Shown: positions 9,941 to 27,224, numbered from the stretch's first letter. The stretch is 64,000 nt of DNA from an uncultured SAR86 cluster bacterium (GCA_902514765.1 CABXSA010000003.1:2537-66536); one strand, 5' to 3'. Translations and numbers: made by a program. Notes: generated from the sequence alone by a model not told the origin.

Positions 9941-10197
9941 TTATCTTTTTCTAGTTCCCAACCAGTCATAAACATCAATCCATCCTTTATTTTTATAAGT
10001 CTTGCTTGGGGTGGAAGGAATATCCTCAGGCCTTAAGTTAGAGCTAGCGAATTTTTGCCATTCCCTATAACTATTTAATTTTAATGAATGAACATATTTT
10101 TTAGCTAGAGTATAAGATCTAAATTTCTTATTTTTTCAAAAAGATCTGACCAATTTTTTGCAGAAGAAATAAATCTATCTACTTTAATTAAATTCAT
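9941..10197 (-). pseudogene. Frameshifted ~85-codon ORF or remnant with one integrase-repeat-like unit (AKKYVHSLKLNSYREWQKF...RPEDIPSTP...YKNKGW...DWLG)
   Basis: Hand translation: ATG 10197 frame stops after 30 aa; the -1 frame opens at an A6 run (10131-10136) and ends at TAA 9941. Confidence 0.65.
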
Positions 10198-10200
10198 TAT

Positions 10201-10617
10201 TTATTTCTTTATCTTTTTTACTATTCCAGAAAAACTAAAAACAATTTCCCCTTCGCATTCAATGTAACCTTGTCCAAAAGCAAGACTTCTTGTCTCTTTG
10301 GTAATCGTAGTAAATATTTCTACCAAGGAGCCAACCTTTGCAGGTGCAACGAATTCCGATCTAAAACTTATGGTTGCGGCATAATTTTCTTTTGATTCCA
10401 TCGCAACAGAACACAAACAATAATCCGCAATACTCATCAACATCCCTCCATGAGCAACTCCGCCAGAATTTCCGTTTTCTGGTCTTACCCAAAAAGCCAT
10501 TATCAAATCTCCTGCTTCATTTCTTTTGTAAAAACCTTGACCGATATTCGCAATATGGTCCTCGGTTTGATTAAGAGTTTCATAACCTTTTGGAGCAGAA
10601 AAATTTTTTACCGTCAT
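10201..10617 (-). CDS. PaaI-family thioesterase
   Basis: N..GVAHGGMLMSIAD hotdog motif. Confidence 0.88.
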   Translation of the reverse strand: MTVKNFSAPKGYETLNQTEDHIANIGQGFYKRNEAGDLIMAFWVRPENGNSGGVAHGGMLMSIADYCLCSVAMESKENYAATISFRSEFVAPAKVGSLVEIFTTITKETRSLAFGQGYIECEGEIVFSFSGIVKKIKK

Positions 10618-10658
10618 GATGATGATTTTAACTCAATGTGTATAATTATCCTTTCATT

Positions 10659-11825
10659 ATGGATTTTAAATTAACTGCAGAACAATTAGAGTTACAAAAA
10701 GTCGCAAGAGATTTTGCTCAAAAAGAATTAACAGCATTGGCTGATGAAATGGAAGAATCAGCAAATCCTGTGCCAAAGGATGTGCTGAAAAAAATTGGTG
10801 AATTGGGCTTTTTAGGAATCAATACACCAACGGAGTATGGTGGACTTGGCCTCTCCAATCTTGATGCCATCATAGTTCTTGAAGAATTTGGAAAGATATC
10901 TTCTGCAGTAGGTTGGCCAGTATTTGAAGCAAATGCAGGTCCTGTAAAAGTCATAGAACATTTTGGTTCAGATGCTCTAAAGCAAAGAGTGATTCCCAAA
11001 GTTTGTAAAGGTGAGATGGTGGTAGCCGTAAGTATGTCAGAACCCAATGCTGGAACCGGTTTAACCGATTTAAAAACCAAAGCTGAAATCAAAGGAGACA
11101 AAATCGTAATAAATGGAACCAAACGTTGGTGTTCAGGTGCCGGTCATTCAGATGGTTATGTAGTTTATGCCCGAATGTCTGATGCTCCTGCTGCAAAAGG
11201 TATTGGCGCTGTTTTTGTTGATATCGATACACCCGGGCTGACTTTCGGAAATAGTGAGAGCCTGATGGGTTGGCGTGGAATACCATCCGCAGATATCTAC
11301 TTCGATAACGTAGAGGTTCCAATTGATAATTTATTGGTTGAGCCCGAAGATGGATTCAAAAAATTAATGGAAACCTTTGACTTAGAAAGATGTGGGAATG
11401 CAACAATGGCTTTATCTCAAGCAGCAGCAGCTTTAGACTATGTCAAAGAATACGTTCAAGAGAGGGAGCAATTTGGTAAGCAATTGGTTGATTTTCAAGC
11501 AGTTCAAATCAAACTTGCAGACATGCTCATTAGAGTGGAAGCGTCTAGACTCTTGATTCACCGTGCAGTTTTCAATGCCGCTAATGGTTTGCCAGATATA
11601 TTGGAATCAAGTACTGCAAAATGTTTTGCCAATGAAATCGCAAGAGAAGTCACAACGAATGCAATGCAACTAATGGGCGGTTATGGATTCAACAAAGAAT
11701 ACAAAATGGAAAGACGCGTCAGAGATTCTTTTGGCTGGGGAATTGCGGGTGGAACAATTGATGTTCAAAAAGTAAATATTGCTTCAGCAATGATTGGCAG
11801 ACGTTTCAATCAAAGAGCTAAGTAA
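10659..11825 (+). CDS. Acyl-CoA dehydrogenase
   Basis: EYGGLG, MSEPNAGT, INGTKRW, REQFGKQL..FQAVQ, QLMGGYG; ATG 10659 (MDFKLT) preferred. Confidence 0.93.
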   Translation: MDFKLTAEQLELQKVARDFAQKELTALADEMEESANPVPKDVLKKIGELGFLGINTPTEYGGLGLSNLDAIIVLEEFGKISSAVGWPVFEANAGPVKVIEHFGSDALKQRVIPKVCKGEMVVAVSMSEPNAGTGLTDLKTKAEIKGDKIVINGTKRWCSGAGHSDGYVVYARMSDAPAAKGIGAVFVDIDTPGLTFGNSESLMGWRGIPSADIYFDNVEVPIDNLLVEPEDGFKKLMETFDLERCGNATMALSQAAAALDYVKEYVQEREQFGKQLVDFQAVQIKLADMLIRVEASRLLIHRAVFNAANGLPDILESSTAKCFANEIAREVTTNAMQLMGGYGFNKEYKMERRVRDSFGWGIAGGTIDVQKVNIASAMIGRRFNQRAK

Positions 11826-11826
11826 T

Positions 11827-12309
11827 TTAGTCTGCTCGATATTCGCTGATAATTTCTTCCAAACTGCTGACAAATTCTTTTTTTTCTTCTTCGGTTAAAA
11901 AATTCCCGACAGGAATTTTTTCTCCCTTGGAAGATATAACAATTTTAATTGGATACCAACGGTGGGAAGGTTTTTCAACAAAAACATATGCCCATTCTCG
12001 AATAAACTCCGAAACAGAATCTGGTCGAAAAAGACCTTTTTCAATAGTCAATTTTTCCTTTGTAAGTGTAATTATTTCTTTCTTTGAACTTTTCTTAAAT
12101 ACTACATATAAAGCAGTTCCTACGATTAAGATTTCTAACCCTGCAAAGGGAAGAATAATCGGAGCGCCATAAAAAAAGAAGGTAAGTCCAATGATGGTTA
12201 TTGGAAAGGAAATTAGTCCTAAAAATAGAAGACTGCCCTGCCAAGAAATTGAACTATTTGGCATTAAAGATAATCTATATCCATTATCTAATTGTTCAGT
12301 TATAACCAT
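11827..12309 (-). CDS. DUF2244-family membrane protein
   Basis: L.PNSSIS, GAPIILPFAGLE, VGNFLTEEEK. Confidence 0.8.
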   Translation of the reverse strand: MVITEQLDNGYRLSLMPNSSISWQGSLLFLGLISFPITIIGLTFFFYGAPIILPFAGLEILIVGTALYVVFKKSSKKEIITLTKEKLTIEKGLFRPDSVSEFIREWAYVFVEKPSHRWYPIKIVISSKGEKIPVGNFLTEEEKKEFVSSLEEIISEYRAD

Positions 12310-12376
12310 TAATAAAATACTTTTTTATGTAAAAACAGGCGTAGATTATGATATTTTGATCTTGCAATAGCAAAAG

Positions 12377-13570
12377 ATGAAAAAGATAAATTCTATAAAT
12401 AGAACTTCCTTGATGCCGAATTATGCTCCTGCATCATTCATTCCTGTTAAAGGAAAAAAATCGGTTATTTGGGACGAGCAAGGAAAGGACTACATAGATT
12501 TCGGGGGAGGCATTGCTGTTACTTCTCTAGGTCATTCTCATCCTCAACTAATTAAAGTTTTGAAAGAACAATCTTCAAAGCTTTGGCATGTGAGTAATTA
12601 CTTGTACAACAAGCCAGCTTTAGAGCTAAGCAGAATGCTTGCTGAAAAAACTTTTGCTGACAAAGTATTTTTTTCCAATTCTGGAAACGAAGCAAATGAA
12701 GCGGCAATTAAATTAGCTAGAAAATATTATTTTGACCAAGGCAAACCAGAAAAACATGAAATTATAGTTTTTACGAATGCTTTTCACGGGAGATCAATGT
12801 TGAATATAACCGCCGGTGACTCTAAATTCCAAAAAACAGGTTTTGGTCCACTTCTGCAAGGATTCAAGAGAGCTAAATTTAATGATCTTAACTCTGTCAA
12901 AAAAATTATTTCCAAAAAAACTGCTGCTATTTTTGTGGAACCTATTCTGGGAGAGTCAGGAATTATCAGAGCAAAAAATCCTTTTTTAGAAGGCCTCAGA
13001 AAATTTGCTAATGAAAAAGACTGTCTATTGATATTTGATGAGGTACAAAGTGGTATTGGTAGAACAGGAACGTTAATGGCATACATGGGTTATGGCGTTA
13101 AGCCTGATATTTCTACCCTAGCAAAAGGCCTTGGTGGCGGAATTCCGATCGGGGCAACTTTAACAACTAGTAAAATTGCACAAGCTTTTCAACCAGGCAC
13201 TCATGGCAGTACCTTTGGAGGAAATCCACTTGCCTGCGAAGTTGCAAAAAAAGTTGTAGAAATAGTCTCTTCACAAAAAGTTCTAAAAGGTGTAATGAAA
13301 AAAACATTCAACTTTCACGAACAATTAAATAAATTATCAAACAAGTTTGATTTATTTGAAGATGTAAGATCAGCGGGCCTATGGATCTGTTGTGACTTTA
13401 AAAAGATAAAGGCAAAAGATTTTATTGATGCCTGTTATAAAAAAGGATTGATATTGGTTCAAGCTGCTGGAGAAAATACAATTAGGATTGCCCCTTCATT
13501 AATTATTTCAGATAAAGAGATTGAAGAAGGTTTTAAAAGATTTGAAAAGGCTGTCAAAGCTTTGAAGTGA
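12377..13570 (+). CDS. argD: Acetylornithine/succinylornithine aminotransferase
   Basis: DFGGGIAVTSLGH, SGNEANE, FHGRS, FDEVQSG, AKGLGGG, HGSTFGGNP. Confidence 0.92.
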   Translation: MKKINSINRTSLMPNYAPASFIPVKGKKSVIWDEQGKDYIDFGGGIAVTSLGHSHPQLIKVLKEQSSKLWHVSNYLYNKPALELSRMLAEKTFADKVFFSNSGNEANEAAIKLARKYYFDQGKPEKHEIIVFTNAFHGRSMLNITAGDSKFQKTGFGPLLQGFKRAKFNDLNSVKKIISKKTAAIFVEPILGESGIIRAKNPFLEGLRKFANEKDCLLIFDEVQSGIGRTGTLMAYMGYGVKPDISTLAKGLGGGIPIGATLTTSKIAQAFQPGTHGSTFGGNPLACEVAKKVVEIVSSQKVLKGVMKKTFNFHEQLNKLSNKFDLFEDVRSAGLWICCDFKKIKAKDFIDACYKKGLILVQAAGENTIRIAPSLIISDKEIEEGFKRFEKAVKALK

Positions 13571-15799
13571 TTACTCAGAGATTACTTCAACTTTATCAAC
13601 CTTGCGATAACCTTTAGGAAGAAAGTTTCCTTTTCTGCCACGATTTCCTAGAAAATTTTCTAAATCGTTTGGTTTGATAACAAAGTGTTGTTTTCCGCTG
13701 TAGAGTTTTATGGACTCTCCTTTTTTAAAAGTTACCAAATACATGAGTTGGTCTTCTTTAGCTTCAAACTTCTTTTTATCAATTGATATGATTTTATTAC
13801 CCTTACCTTTTCCTAAAATTGGTAATTCGCCTGCTTCGATGATTAACATTTTGCCTTCTTGAGTAATTGAGGCAATGTAATTTTCCTCAACTGCTGAAAG
13901 AATTTTAGGTGTGATTGGCTTAGCATTCTTCGCATTCAAAGCCGCTTTACCGGATTTATTTTTTGTTTGCAGGTCTCCTAACTTAACCACAAAACCATAG
14001 CCTAAATTAGAAGCTAACACAGCCAAGGTTTCCTCAGATCCTGCAATCACACCGGGAAAAGTTGCTCCGGATTGGGCATTAATCTTTCCTGAAACTGGAT
14101 CGCCCTGGCCTCTCGCAGATGGCAATTGATGAATAGGTAAAGTATAGGCTTTGCCAAAATTATCCAATAGAACTGCATTTTGGCTGTTTCTTGCAAAAGA
14201 CGAAGATAAATAAGAATCACCCTCTCTGTATTGCAAGCCTTCTACGTCTACATCATGTCCTTTGGCAGCTCGAATCCAACCTTTTTCTGATAGAACCACA
14301 GTCATTGGATCGTTTGAAATGAGCTCTTTTTCATCAAAAGCTTTTGCTTCTTCAGCCTCGGCAAGCATGCTGTTTCTTTCATCGCCAAATTCTTCCTGAT
14401 CTTCTTTTAATTCTTTTTTGATAAGAGTTTTTAAGCGAGATGCTGAATTAAGTATTTTTTCAATTTCCTTTGCTTCTGCTTTTAATGAATCCCTTTCTTC
14501 GATGATGCTTTGTTCTTCAAGCTTTGCCAGCTGGCGCAGGCGAATATCAAGAATGGCGTTTGCCTGAATTTCAGTGAGTTTAAATTTTTTAATTAATTGT
14601 TTTTTTGGGTCGTCATGAGTTCTGATTATTTTAATTACCTCGTCTAAATTTAGATAAGCAATCATCAAACCTTCAAGAATGTGCAATCTATCGTTGAGCC
14701 AATCTAATCTGTGTTGCAGTCTCCTTTTTACGGTTTGTGTTCTAAAAGTGATCCATTCTTTTAGAATTTCTCTCAAATCAAAAACTTTTGGCCTTCCGCT
14801 TAAACCAATCACATTCAGATTAACTCTGACATTCTTTTGTAAATCTGTTGTAGCAAAGAGATGACTCATCAAAGCATCTTTATCAACCCTATTCGATCTT
14901 GGTACGACAATAATTCTTACCGGGTTTTCACCATCGCTTTCGTCTCTAAGATCTTCTATTAGATTCATTTTTTTTGAATCAATTTGTGCAGCAATCTGTT
15001 CTAGAATCCTTGTCGTTGAAACCTGATATGGAAGAGCTGTAATGACAACCTCGCCATTTTCTATTTCATATGTTGCTCTTAACTTAACTGCCCCTCTTCC
15101 AGTCTGATACATTTCCAATAGTTCTTCAGGCGTTGAGATAATTTCTGCCTTGGTTGGAAAGTCAGGGGCTGGAATAATTTTTAATAGCTCTTTTACAGAA
15201 AGTTTAGGAGAGTCGATAAGGGCAATAGTTGCATCCACAACTTCATTTAAATTATGCGGCGGAATATCTGTTGCCATACCAACTGCAATACCAGAAGCAC
15301 CATTGAGTAAAACATTTGGAATTCTTGATGATAAAAATCTTGGCTCTATCAAAGTACCATCAAAATTAGGACCCCAATCTACAGTTCCTTGAGATAATTC
15401 CGAGAGCAATACTTGTGCGTAGGCTGAAAGCCTACACTCTGTATACCTTACTGCAGCGAAACTCTTTGGATCATCAAGAGAACCCCAATTTCCTTGTCCT
15501 TCTATCAAGGGATACCTGGTAGAAAAATTCTGTGCCATTAAGACCATTGCCTCATAGGCAGCATTGTCTCCGTGGGGATGAAATTTACCTATCACCTCAC
15601 CGACGGTTCTTGCGCTTTTCTTAAACTTGGAAGTAGATTTCAATCCAATTTCGGACATCGCATAAATTATTCTTCTTTGAACTGGTTTTAAACCATCTCC
15701 AATAAAAGGTAGCGCCCTATCTAAAATTACATACATGGAGTAATCGAGATAGGCTTTCTCTGCAAAGCCGCCAATACTTAGGCTTTTCTCTTTACTCAT
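13571..15799 (-). CDS. parC: DNA topoisomerase IV subunit A
   Basis: [27 protein letters not shown]. Confidence 0.97.
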   Translation of the reverse strand: MSKEKSLSIGGFAEKAYLDYSMYVILDRALPFIGDGLKPVQRRIIYAMSEIGLKSTSKFKKSARTVGEVIGKFHPHGDNAAYEAMVLMAQNFSTRYPLIEGQGNWGSLDDPKSFAAVRYTECRLSAYAQVLLSELSQGTVDWGPNFDGTLIEPRFLSSRIPNVLLNGASGIAVGMATDIPPHNLNEVVDATIALIDSPKLSVKELLKIIPAPDFPTKAEIISTPEELLEMYQTGRGAVKLRATYEIENGEVVITALPYQVSTTRILEQIAAQIDSKKMNLIEDLRDESDGENPVRIIVVPRSNRVDKDALMSHLFATTDLQKNVRVNLNVIGLSGRPKVFDLREILKEWITFRTQTVKRRLQHRLDWLNDRLHILEGLMIAYLNLDEVIKIIRTHDDPKKQLIKKFKLTEIQANAILDIRLRQLAKLEEQSIIEERDSLKAEAKEIEKILNSASRLKTLIKKELKEDQEEFGDERNSMLAEAEEAKAFDEKELISNDPMTVVLSEKGWIRAAKGHDVDVEGLQYREGDSYLSSSFARNSQNAVLLDNFGKAYTLPIHQLPSARGQGDPVSGKINAQSGATFPGVIAGSEETLAVLASNLGYGFVVKLGDLQTKNKSGKAALNAKNAKPITPKILSAVEENYIASITQEGKMLIIEAGELPILGKGKGNKIISIDKKKFEAKEDQLMYLVTFKKGESIKLYSGKQHFVIKPNDLENFLGNRGRKGNFLPKGYRKVDKVEVISE

Positions 15800-17687
15800 T
15801 GATACTTGCCAAATCTCCTTTACTTTCTAACCAACTTTTTCTATCTGGAGCTCTTTTTTTTGAGAGCAACATATTGAACATTGTTGTTGCACTATTTCCT
15901 TTTTCTAATTTAAGTTGCAGTAATTTTCTTACGTCTTGGGACATAGTAGTTTCTTTCAACTGAGAAGGATTCATTTCACCCAAACCTTTAAATCTTTGTA
16001 TTTCGACTTTGGTTCTTTTATTTTGCGATGTAAGCTTTTTTACCAAATCGTCTTTTTCTTTTTCATCCAGGGCATAATAAATATCCTTACCTTGATCGAT
16101 TCTGAATAAAGGAGGCTGTGCTACATATAACCTACCTTCCTCTACCAAAGGCCTAAAATGTTTGAGAAATAAGGCACAAATCAACGTTGCAATGTGTAGG
16201 CCATCAGAATCTGCGTCTGCCAAGATACAAATCTTTCCATATCTCAGACCGTCCAAGACTCTACATCCCGGTTGCAATCCAATTGCCATGCCAATATCTT
16301 TTACCTCTTGCGATTGATTTACCGCATCGGTATCAACTTCCCAAGTGTTTAAAATTTTGCCTTTTAAAGCCATAACAGCTTGAAAGTTTCTATCCCTAGC
16401 TTGTTTCGCTGAACCGCCGGCAGAATCTCCTTCTACTAAAAACAACTCGGTTTCTTCATAATTAGATGAAACACAATCAGAAAGTTTTCCTGGAAGAGTT
16501 ACTCCTTTGGTAACTTTTTTTCTCTCTACAGATTTACTTTCCTTTACTCTTTTTTGTGCGTTATCGATTGCAATATTAGCAATTCTTTCAGCGAGTTCTG
16601 TTTCCTTATTAAGCCAAATGGCAAAAGCATCTCTTGTAATATTCGCTGCAATAGTTTGAAAGTCTTTCGAAGACAGTTTCTCTTTGGTCTGCCCAGAAAA
16701 TTGAGGGTCCTTTAGTTTTGCGGAAAGAACATAAGAGGCATTTTTCCAGACATCTTCCGCAGTAACTTTTACGCCTTTAGGAATTAAATTTCGATATTCA
16801 CAAAATTCTTTTAAAGCATCGGTTATTCCAGTTCGCATACCAGCAACATGTGTACCGCCTTGGATAGTAGGAATTAGGTTCACATAACTTTCAGTAATGC
16901 TTTCCTGATCTCGTAATTCCCAAGACACTGCCCAAGCAAGTGAGTTTTCCTCATCCTCGAACTCTCCTTCGATTGGTTCGTCAGGTAGATATTCGCCTTC
17001 GCCAAGCGAAGTACTTAAATATTTTCCAAGCCCATCAACGAAACACCATTCTTCTTTAGTCTTATTAACCTCGTCCTTAAATTTTATTTTAAGACCTGGG
17101 CAAAGAACGGCTTTTGCTTTCAGGGAATTGGAAAGATATTTTCCAGAAATTTTTTCGGTATCAAAAAATGATGGATCTGCTTTGAATAAAATTTTTGTTC
17201 CTGAATTTCTTTGTCCAACACTATCTATAACCTTTAGATCCTTTTTCTTTACACTATCTTTAAATTTAATTTCATATTTTTTTCCGTCTCGTTTTATTTC
17301 CGCATCAAGATAAGTTGAAAGAGCATTTACAACTGAAACACCGACACCGTGAAGACCGCCAGAAAAAACGTAATCTTTGTTTGAAAACTTAGCCCCTGCA
17401 TGCAATCTTGAAAAAATTAATTCTACGCCTGGTACTTTTTCTTCCGGATGAATATCAACTGGCATGCCTCTACCATCATCTTCAACAGATACAGAAAAAT
17501 CTTTATTTAAGACAACCGAAATTTCTTTTGCATGTCCTGCTAAAGCCTCATCCACACTGTTATCAATCACTTCCATCACCAAGTGATTGGGGCTGGTTGT
17601 ATCGGTATACATTCCAGGCCTTTTTCTAACGGGCTCTAGACCCGAAAGCACCTCAATGGATTCAGATGTGTAGTCTCTATTAGCCAA
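15792..17687 (-). CDS. parE: DNA topoisomerase IV subunit B
   Basis: [46 protein letters not shown]. Confidence 0.97.
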   Translation of the reverse strand: MANRDYTSESIEVLSGLEPVRKRPGMYTDTTSPNHLVMEVIDNSVDEALAGHAKEISVVLNKDFSVSVEDDGRGMPVDIHPEEKVPGVELIFSRLHAGAKFSNKDYVFSGGLHGVGVSVVNALSTYLDAEIKRDGKKYEIKFKDSVKKKDLKVIDSVGQRNSGTKILFKADPSFFDTEKISGKYLSNSLKAKAVLCPGLKIKFKDEVNKTKEEWCFVDGLGKYLSTSLGEGEYLPDEPIEGEFEDEENSLAWAVSWELRDQESITESYVNLIPTIQGGTHVAGMRTGITDALKEFCEYRNLIPKGVKVTAEDVWKNASYVLSAKLKDPQFSGQTKEKLSSKDFQTIAANITRDAFAIWLNKETELAERIANIAIDNAQKRVKESKSVERKKVTKGVTLPGKLSDCVSSNYEETELFLVEGDSAGGSAKQARDRNFQAVMALKGKILNTWEVDTDAVNQSQEVKDIGMAIGLQPGCRVLDGLRYGKICILADADSDGLHIATLICALFLKHFRPLVEEGRLYVAQPPLFRIDQGKDIYYALDEKEKDDLVKKLTSQNKRTKVEIQRFKGLGEMNPSQLKETTMSQDVRKLLQLKLEKGNSATTMFNMLLSKKRAPDRKSWLESKGDLASINE

Positions 17688-17689
17688 GC

Positions 17690-18166
17690 TTATAAGTGTT
17701 CTAGAATATTTTCTGCACTGCTTACTTCAAATGCACCGCCTTTTTCTGCAAGTAAACAATTGATCTTTCCGCCTTCGATAATAGCAGCATATCTCGATGA
17801 TACTTTCCCAAGACCAAAGCCGCTACCGTCCATAATAAGACCCATGCTCTCTGTGAATTCGCAGTTTCCATCTGACAACATGGTAATTTTATCCGCGTTT
17901 AGATTTTTTCCCCAAGCATCCATAACCCAAGGGTTGGTTACTGAAATACAGATTATTTCATCTACTCCTTTAGAAAGAATCTCATCTGCTTTTTCAATAA
18001 ATCCAGGAACATGATTTACCGAACAAGTAGGAGTAAACGCTCCAGGAACTCCAATAAGAACTAACTTTTTACCTTTGGAGTATTCGTTTAATTGAATTGA
18101 ATCTATGCCCTCAGATCCTAGTTTTCTCAGAGTAGCATCTGAAATTTGATCGCCTTGTTGTTTCAT
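17690..18166 (-). CDS. Peroxiredoxin (Prx5/type II)
   Basis: VPGAFTPTCS..HVPGF, SSRYA. Confidence 0.93.
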   Translation of the reverse strand: MKQQGDQISDATLRKLGSEGIDSIQLNEYSKGKKLVLIGVPGAFTPTCSVNHVPGFIEKADEILSKGVDEIICISVTNPWVMDAWGKNLNADKITMLSDGNCEFTESMGLIMDGSGFGLGKVSSRYAAIIEGGKINCLLAEKGGAFEVSSAENILEHL

Positions 18167-18168
18167 CT

Positions 18169-19926
<1,758 letters not shown>

Positions 19927-20011
19927 TTATTTGATTATTTTAATGGTAAAAAAGGTTACAAAAAATTATCATGTCTTTTCATATCATAATTTAACTCAAG
20001 AGGAGCTTCTT

Positions 20012-21369
20012 TTGGAAAAATTTGTAACATTTCTAATAACTTTATCCCTTTTATTTTTAAGCTCCTATGTTCATTCAGCGAGTTTGGCAGATATTTATGA
20101 GCTTGCTCTTACGAACGATCCGCAGCTGAAAATTGATGAAGCAACATTTAATGCTAATAAAGAGATAAAAAATAAAGCCATGGCAGGCTTGCTGCCTAAG
20201 TTTTCTCTTAGAGCAGGAACGACATGGAATGAAAATAAAAATACCGAATCAAATGCTGCTTTGTTTACTGATACTCAAGGTAGCAACTCTAATTACTACT
20301 CAGCTAATTTGATTCAGCCAATCTTCAGAGTTGATACATGGTTTCAATTTTCTCAGGGCAAGGCATTGGGCGAAGCTGCAGAGGCAAAATTTGCTCTTTC
20401 ACAACAAGAAACCATCATCAGAATCTCAAATGTTTATTTTAATCTTCTAAAAGCTAAAAAAAATCTTGAAGTCGCGAGATTGGAAGAACAATCTATAAAA
20501 AAACAACGAGATCGAACCAAACGACTTTATGAAGAAGGTGTCTCTTCTAAATCTGAATTCCAAGAGGCTCAGGCATTTTATGATTTAGCTAAGGTTTCAA
20601 AAATTGCTTCTGAAGGACAACTTGAATTTGCCAGAGAGGCAATGATTTCAATCATCGGAGATGCACCTGACATTAAAGATTTAAATGATGATTTTCCTGT
20701 AAGTAAACCAGATCCAGTCGAACAAGATGAGTGGGCTGAATTGGCTTTGGCAAATAGTTTTACCCTCAAAGCTTCTAAGTTAAACGCAGAGGCAGCTAAG
20801 AAAAATTCTCAGGCAAAGCTTGCCTCTCATTTCCCAGATATTGATTTGGTTGCAAGCATAACCCAAAATAATTCTAGAGGTATTGTTGATTTTGGTACGG
20901 GCATAGGAGGTCCTATTGTTGTATACGGGCCAAATGGAATAGAACAAACTAGATATAGTTTGGAGTTCAATTGGCCAATTGTTACAGGCGGCTTGTTGCA
21001 TGCAGAAAGAAGAGAAGCTAAAGCCTTAGCAGAGCAAGCAGATCAACAAGAGCTTCTTACAGAAAGATTTGTAATTAGGGATGTTAAAACAAAATTTACT
21101 TCAGTATTAACCAATTTAGCCAATGTGAATGCTAGGAAAGCTTCTTTAAAATCCTCAAATTTTGCTCTTAAAGCAACAATGGTCGGTTATGAAGAAAATA
21201 CCAGAAATATTGTTGATTTGTTAAATGCAGAAAAAAACTATTTTTCTGCACAAAGAGATCTAATTGCTGCTAAGTACGACTACATAATTAGTACTTTAGA
21301 ATTGAAATTAGCTTCAGGAATTTTATCGCCAGCAGATGTTTATGAGATCAGTGGTTATCTAGATAGTTA

Positions 21370-21370
<1 letters not shown>
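20012..21370 (+). CDS. tolC: TolC-family outer membrane channel
   Basis: Signal peptide then ASLADIYELALTNDP; OEP repeats; TTG 20012 preceded by AGGAG (ORF-track 19880 overlaps thiC). Confidence 0.9.
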
Positions 21371-22679
<1,309 letters not shown>

Positions 22680-22724
22680 TTAAAAGCCAAGAAGAACTTT
22701 CGACCTAAAGATAACGCTCTTCTG

Positions 22725-24854
<2,130 letters not shown>

Positions 24855-24961
24855 TTATTTCACCTCATATAAAAAACAAATCTATCTAATATTAAACTAT
24901 CTTTTTATGTATTGTAAAATATGAATATTTCTTATTTAATGTTCTAGAAAATCGAATATAA

Positions 24962-25864
24962 ATGGTTAGTATCAAGCAAATAAATTATGCCTTAGCAGTT
25001 GAAAAAGAGATGCATTTTAAAAATGCTGCAGATAAGTGTTTTGTCTCTGCTTCCACATTGAGCAACGCAATATCAGAAATGGAAAAACAACTGGGTTTTG
25101 AAATTTTTGAAAGAAATAATAAAAAAGTAATTGTTACTAAACTGGGTGAAGAAATTTTAAAGAAATATAAAAACATTAAGTTGCAATTGGAAGACATTCA
25201 AAAAATTTCTGAAAATAATTCACAACCGCTTTCACACCCTATATCTCTGGGAGTCATCCCGACCGTAAGTCCCTTCCTAATGCCATATGCCATCAAGTCT
25301 TTGAGTACTAAATTTCCTAAATTGAATTTAAACATTTCTGAAGGTCAGTCAAAGGATCTCATTGATAAAGTCAAAAACGGTGATTTGGATATGGCCATTC
25401 TTGCACTGCCCTTCAAGCTACAAGGTTTAATACCGATAAAATTTTGGGCAGAAGACTTTTTTTGGATAACTAAGAAAAATGACGCTCGCTCCAAAGATAA
25501 AGAAATAAGGGCCAGTGCACTTGATCTGTCTGAATTGTTGTTACTAGAGGAAGGACATTGTCTAAAAGATCACATACTGTCTGCGTGCAAGATGACGAAG
25601 CAAGCAAGCAATATTTCTTTCAAAGCCTCTTCTTTAAATACCCTAATACAATTTGTAAAAAGCGGCATGGGCACTACTTTGGTGCCAAGGATGGCTATTG
25701 GTCAGTTGATGTCGGGTAATCCAGACCTTAAAAAATTACATCTCGACGAATCTGGCCCTCACAGAGAAATAGCAATAGTCATAAGACCTAATTATGGAGG
25801 CATCCAAGATGTCGAATTGCTTAGTGCAGAGCTAAAGAAAATTCTTCAAGAAAATTCTAGTTAA
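24962..25864 (+). CDS. oxyR: Peroxide-sensing LysR regulator
   Basis: LysR HTH; LLLEEGHCLKDHILSAC with both redox Cys; divergent from katG. Confidence 0.9.
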   Translation: MVSIKQINYALAVEKEMHFKNAADKCFVSASTLSNAISEMEKQLGFEIFERNNKKVIVTKLGEEILKKYKNIKLQLEDIQKISENNSQPLSHPISLGVIPTVSPFLMPYAIKSLSTKFPKLNLNISEGQSKDLIDKVKNGDLDMAILALPFKLQGLIPIKFWAEDFFWITKKNDARSKDKEIRASALDLSELLLLEEGHCLKDHILSACKMTKQASNISFKASSLNTLIQFVKSGMGTTLVPRMAIGQLMSGNPDLKKLHLDESGPHREIAIVIRPNYGGIQDVELLSAELKKILQENSS

Positions 25865-26759
25865 GTTCTTCGGAAGTAGATTCTAAAACCTTAATTCTCA
25901 ACTTTAAAATTTGTCTTTTGTTTGCAGCTAAAACAGTGAAGTGAAAATTCTGTATTTCGATTGAGTCATTTACTAAAGGAATTTTTCCAAAAGCATTTAA
26001 GACAATTCCACCGATGGTATCAAAGTCTATTGCTTCAAAACTTGAAGAGAAGCGATCGTTGAAAGTTTCAATTTCGGTTAAGGCTGAAACATTAAACTCA
26101 TTTTCGGTCAATTGAATAATATCTTCAGATTCACTGATATCAGTTTCGTCAACAATTTCTCCAACAATTTCTTCTAAAACATCTTCAATAGTAACGATCC
26201 CACTAATTTCACCAAACTCATCAACAACTGCAGCCATGTGACTTCGGTTCGTTTTGAATTCCTCCAAGAGTATGTTTATTTTTTTACTTTCAGGAATGAA
26301 ATTAATTGGTCTTAAAATCTGAGACAAATCGAAATTTATATTTTCGTCTTGTCCCAATAGACCAGGACCAAATTTCAATAAATCTTTAGCCAGCAAGATG
26401 CCTTTTATTTTCTCTTGAGGCTCATCAAAAACTGGAAACCTTGAATGAGCTGATTCAAGAATTCGAGGCAAAAATTCAGCTAAACCTTCTGTTTCTTTGA
26501 TGGATATAACTTGAGTTTTTGGCACCATCACTTCTTTTACTGGAGTAGAAGAAAAATCAATGGTTTCTTCCATCATATCCAAAACGTCTTTATCAATGAG
26601 ATTGTTTTCCTCTGCATCCCTTAAAACAGAGGTTAACTCTTCTTGATTTGATGGCTTGAAGGAAATCTTGATGTGGAAATCCCTAAAAAAGCTTTTAATG
26701 CGTTGTATTAAGCCCAACTTTTCCGGCTGGGCACTTATACTTGGAGGTTCTTCTTTCAT
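25857..26759 (-). CDS. corC: CBS/CorC magnesium-cobalt efflux protein
   Basis: SAHSRFPV, HMAAVVDEFG, TIEDVLEEIVGEI, CorC_HlyC tail. Confidence 0.93.
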   Translation of the reverse strand: MKEEPPSISAQPEKLGLIQRIKSFFRDFHIKISFKPSNQEELTSVLRDAEENNLIDKDVLDMMEETIDFSSTPVKEVMVPKTQVISIKETEGLAEFLPRILESAHSRFPVFDEPQEKIKGILLAKDLLKFGPGLLGQDENINFDLSQILRPINFIPESKKINILLEEFKTNRSHMAAVVDEFGEISGIVTIEDVLEEIVGEIVDETDISESEDIIQLTENEFNVSALTEIETFNDRFSSSFEAIDFDTIGGIVLNAFGKIPLVNDSIEIQNFHFTVLAANKRQILKLRIKVLESTSEELN

Positions 26760-26762
26760 TAT

Positions 26763-27224
26763 TTAATAAGGTCTCTCGCCAAGACAGCTGCTGATAATAT
26801 CATCTTCTACTTGTTCCATCTCTTTTTGTTCGCCTTTTTTTTGATGATCAAAACCGAAAAGATGAAGCACGCCATGGACAATCATATGTTTCAACCTAGT
26901 CTCAACAGCTTTTTTATACATTTTTGCTTCTTTTTCAATTTGACTTATACATATAGCAATCTCACCAATTAACCTTTCTTTACTTTCAGGAGTTTCTTGG
27001 TTGTTGGTAAAAGCCAAGACATTTGTCACGCCTACTTTGTTATAAAACTTCTCGTTCAACATTTTAATTTCTTCTTCTGATGTATATTTGATGTTGATTT
27101 GACCACTTTCAAGTTCTTTAAAGCCAATCTTTTTTAAAACAACATCAATGAGTTTTTTTATTTCCTTTTTCTTGAAAGGCTCAGGAATTTTTTTATAGTG
27201 ATCGTTAATTAGCTCAATCTTCAT
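26763..27224 (-). CDS. ybeY: Endoribonuclease YbeY
   Basis: TNVLAF, HMIVHGVLHLFGFDH; ATG 27224 (27245 alternative). Confidence 0.95.
   Translation of the reverse strand: MKIELINDHYKKIPEPFKKKEIKKLIDVVLKKIGFKELESGQINIKYTSEEEIKMLNEKFYNKVGVTNVLAFTNNQETPESKERLIGEIAICISQIEKEAKMYKKAVETRLKHMIVHGVLHLFGFDHQKKGEQKEMEQVEDDIISSCLGERPY

Noticed and set aside
24855-24961. OxyR operator between katG and oxyR
   Set aside because: Expected from context, but no clear ATAG-N7-CTAT array can be placed in this AT-rich tract
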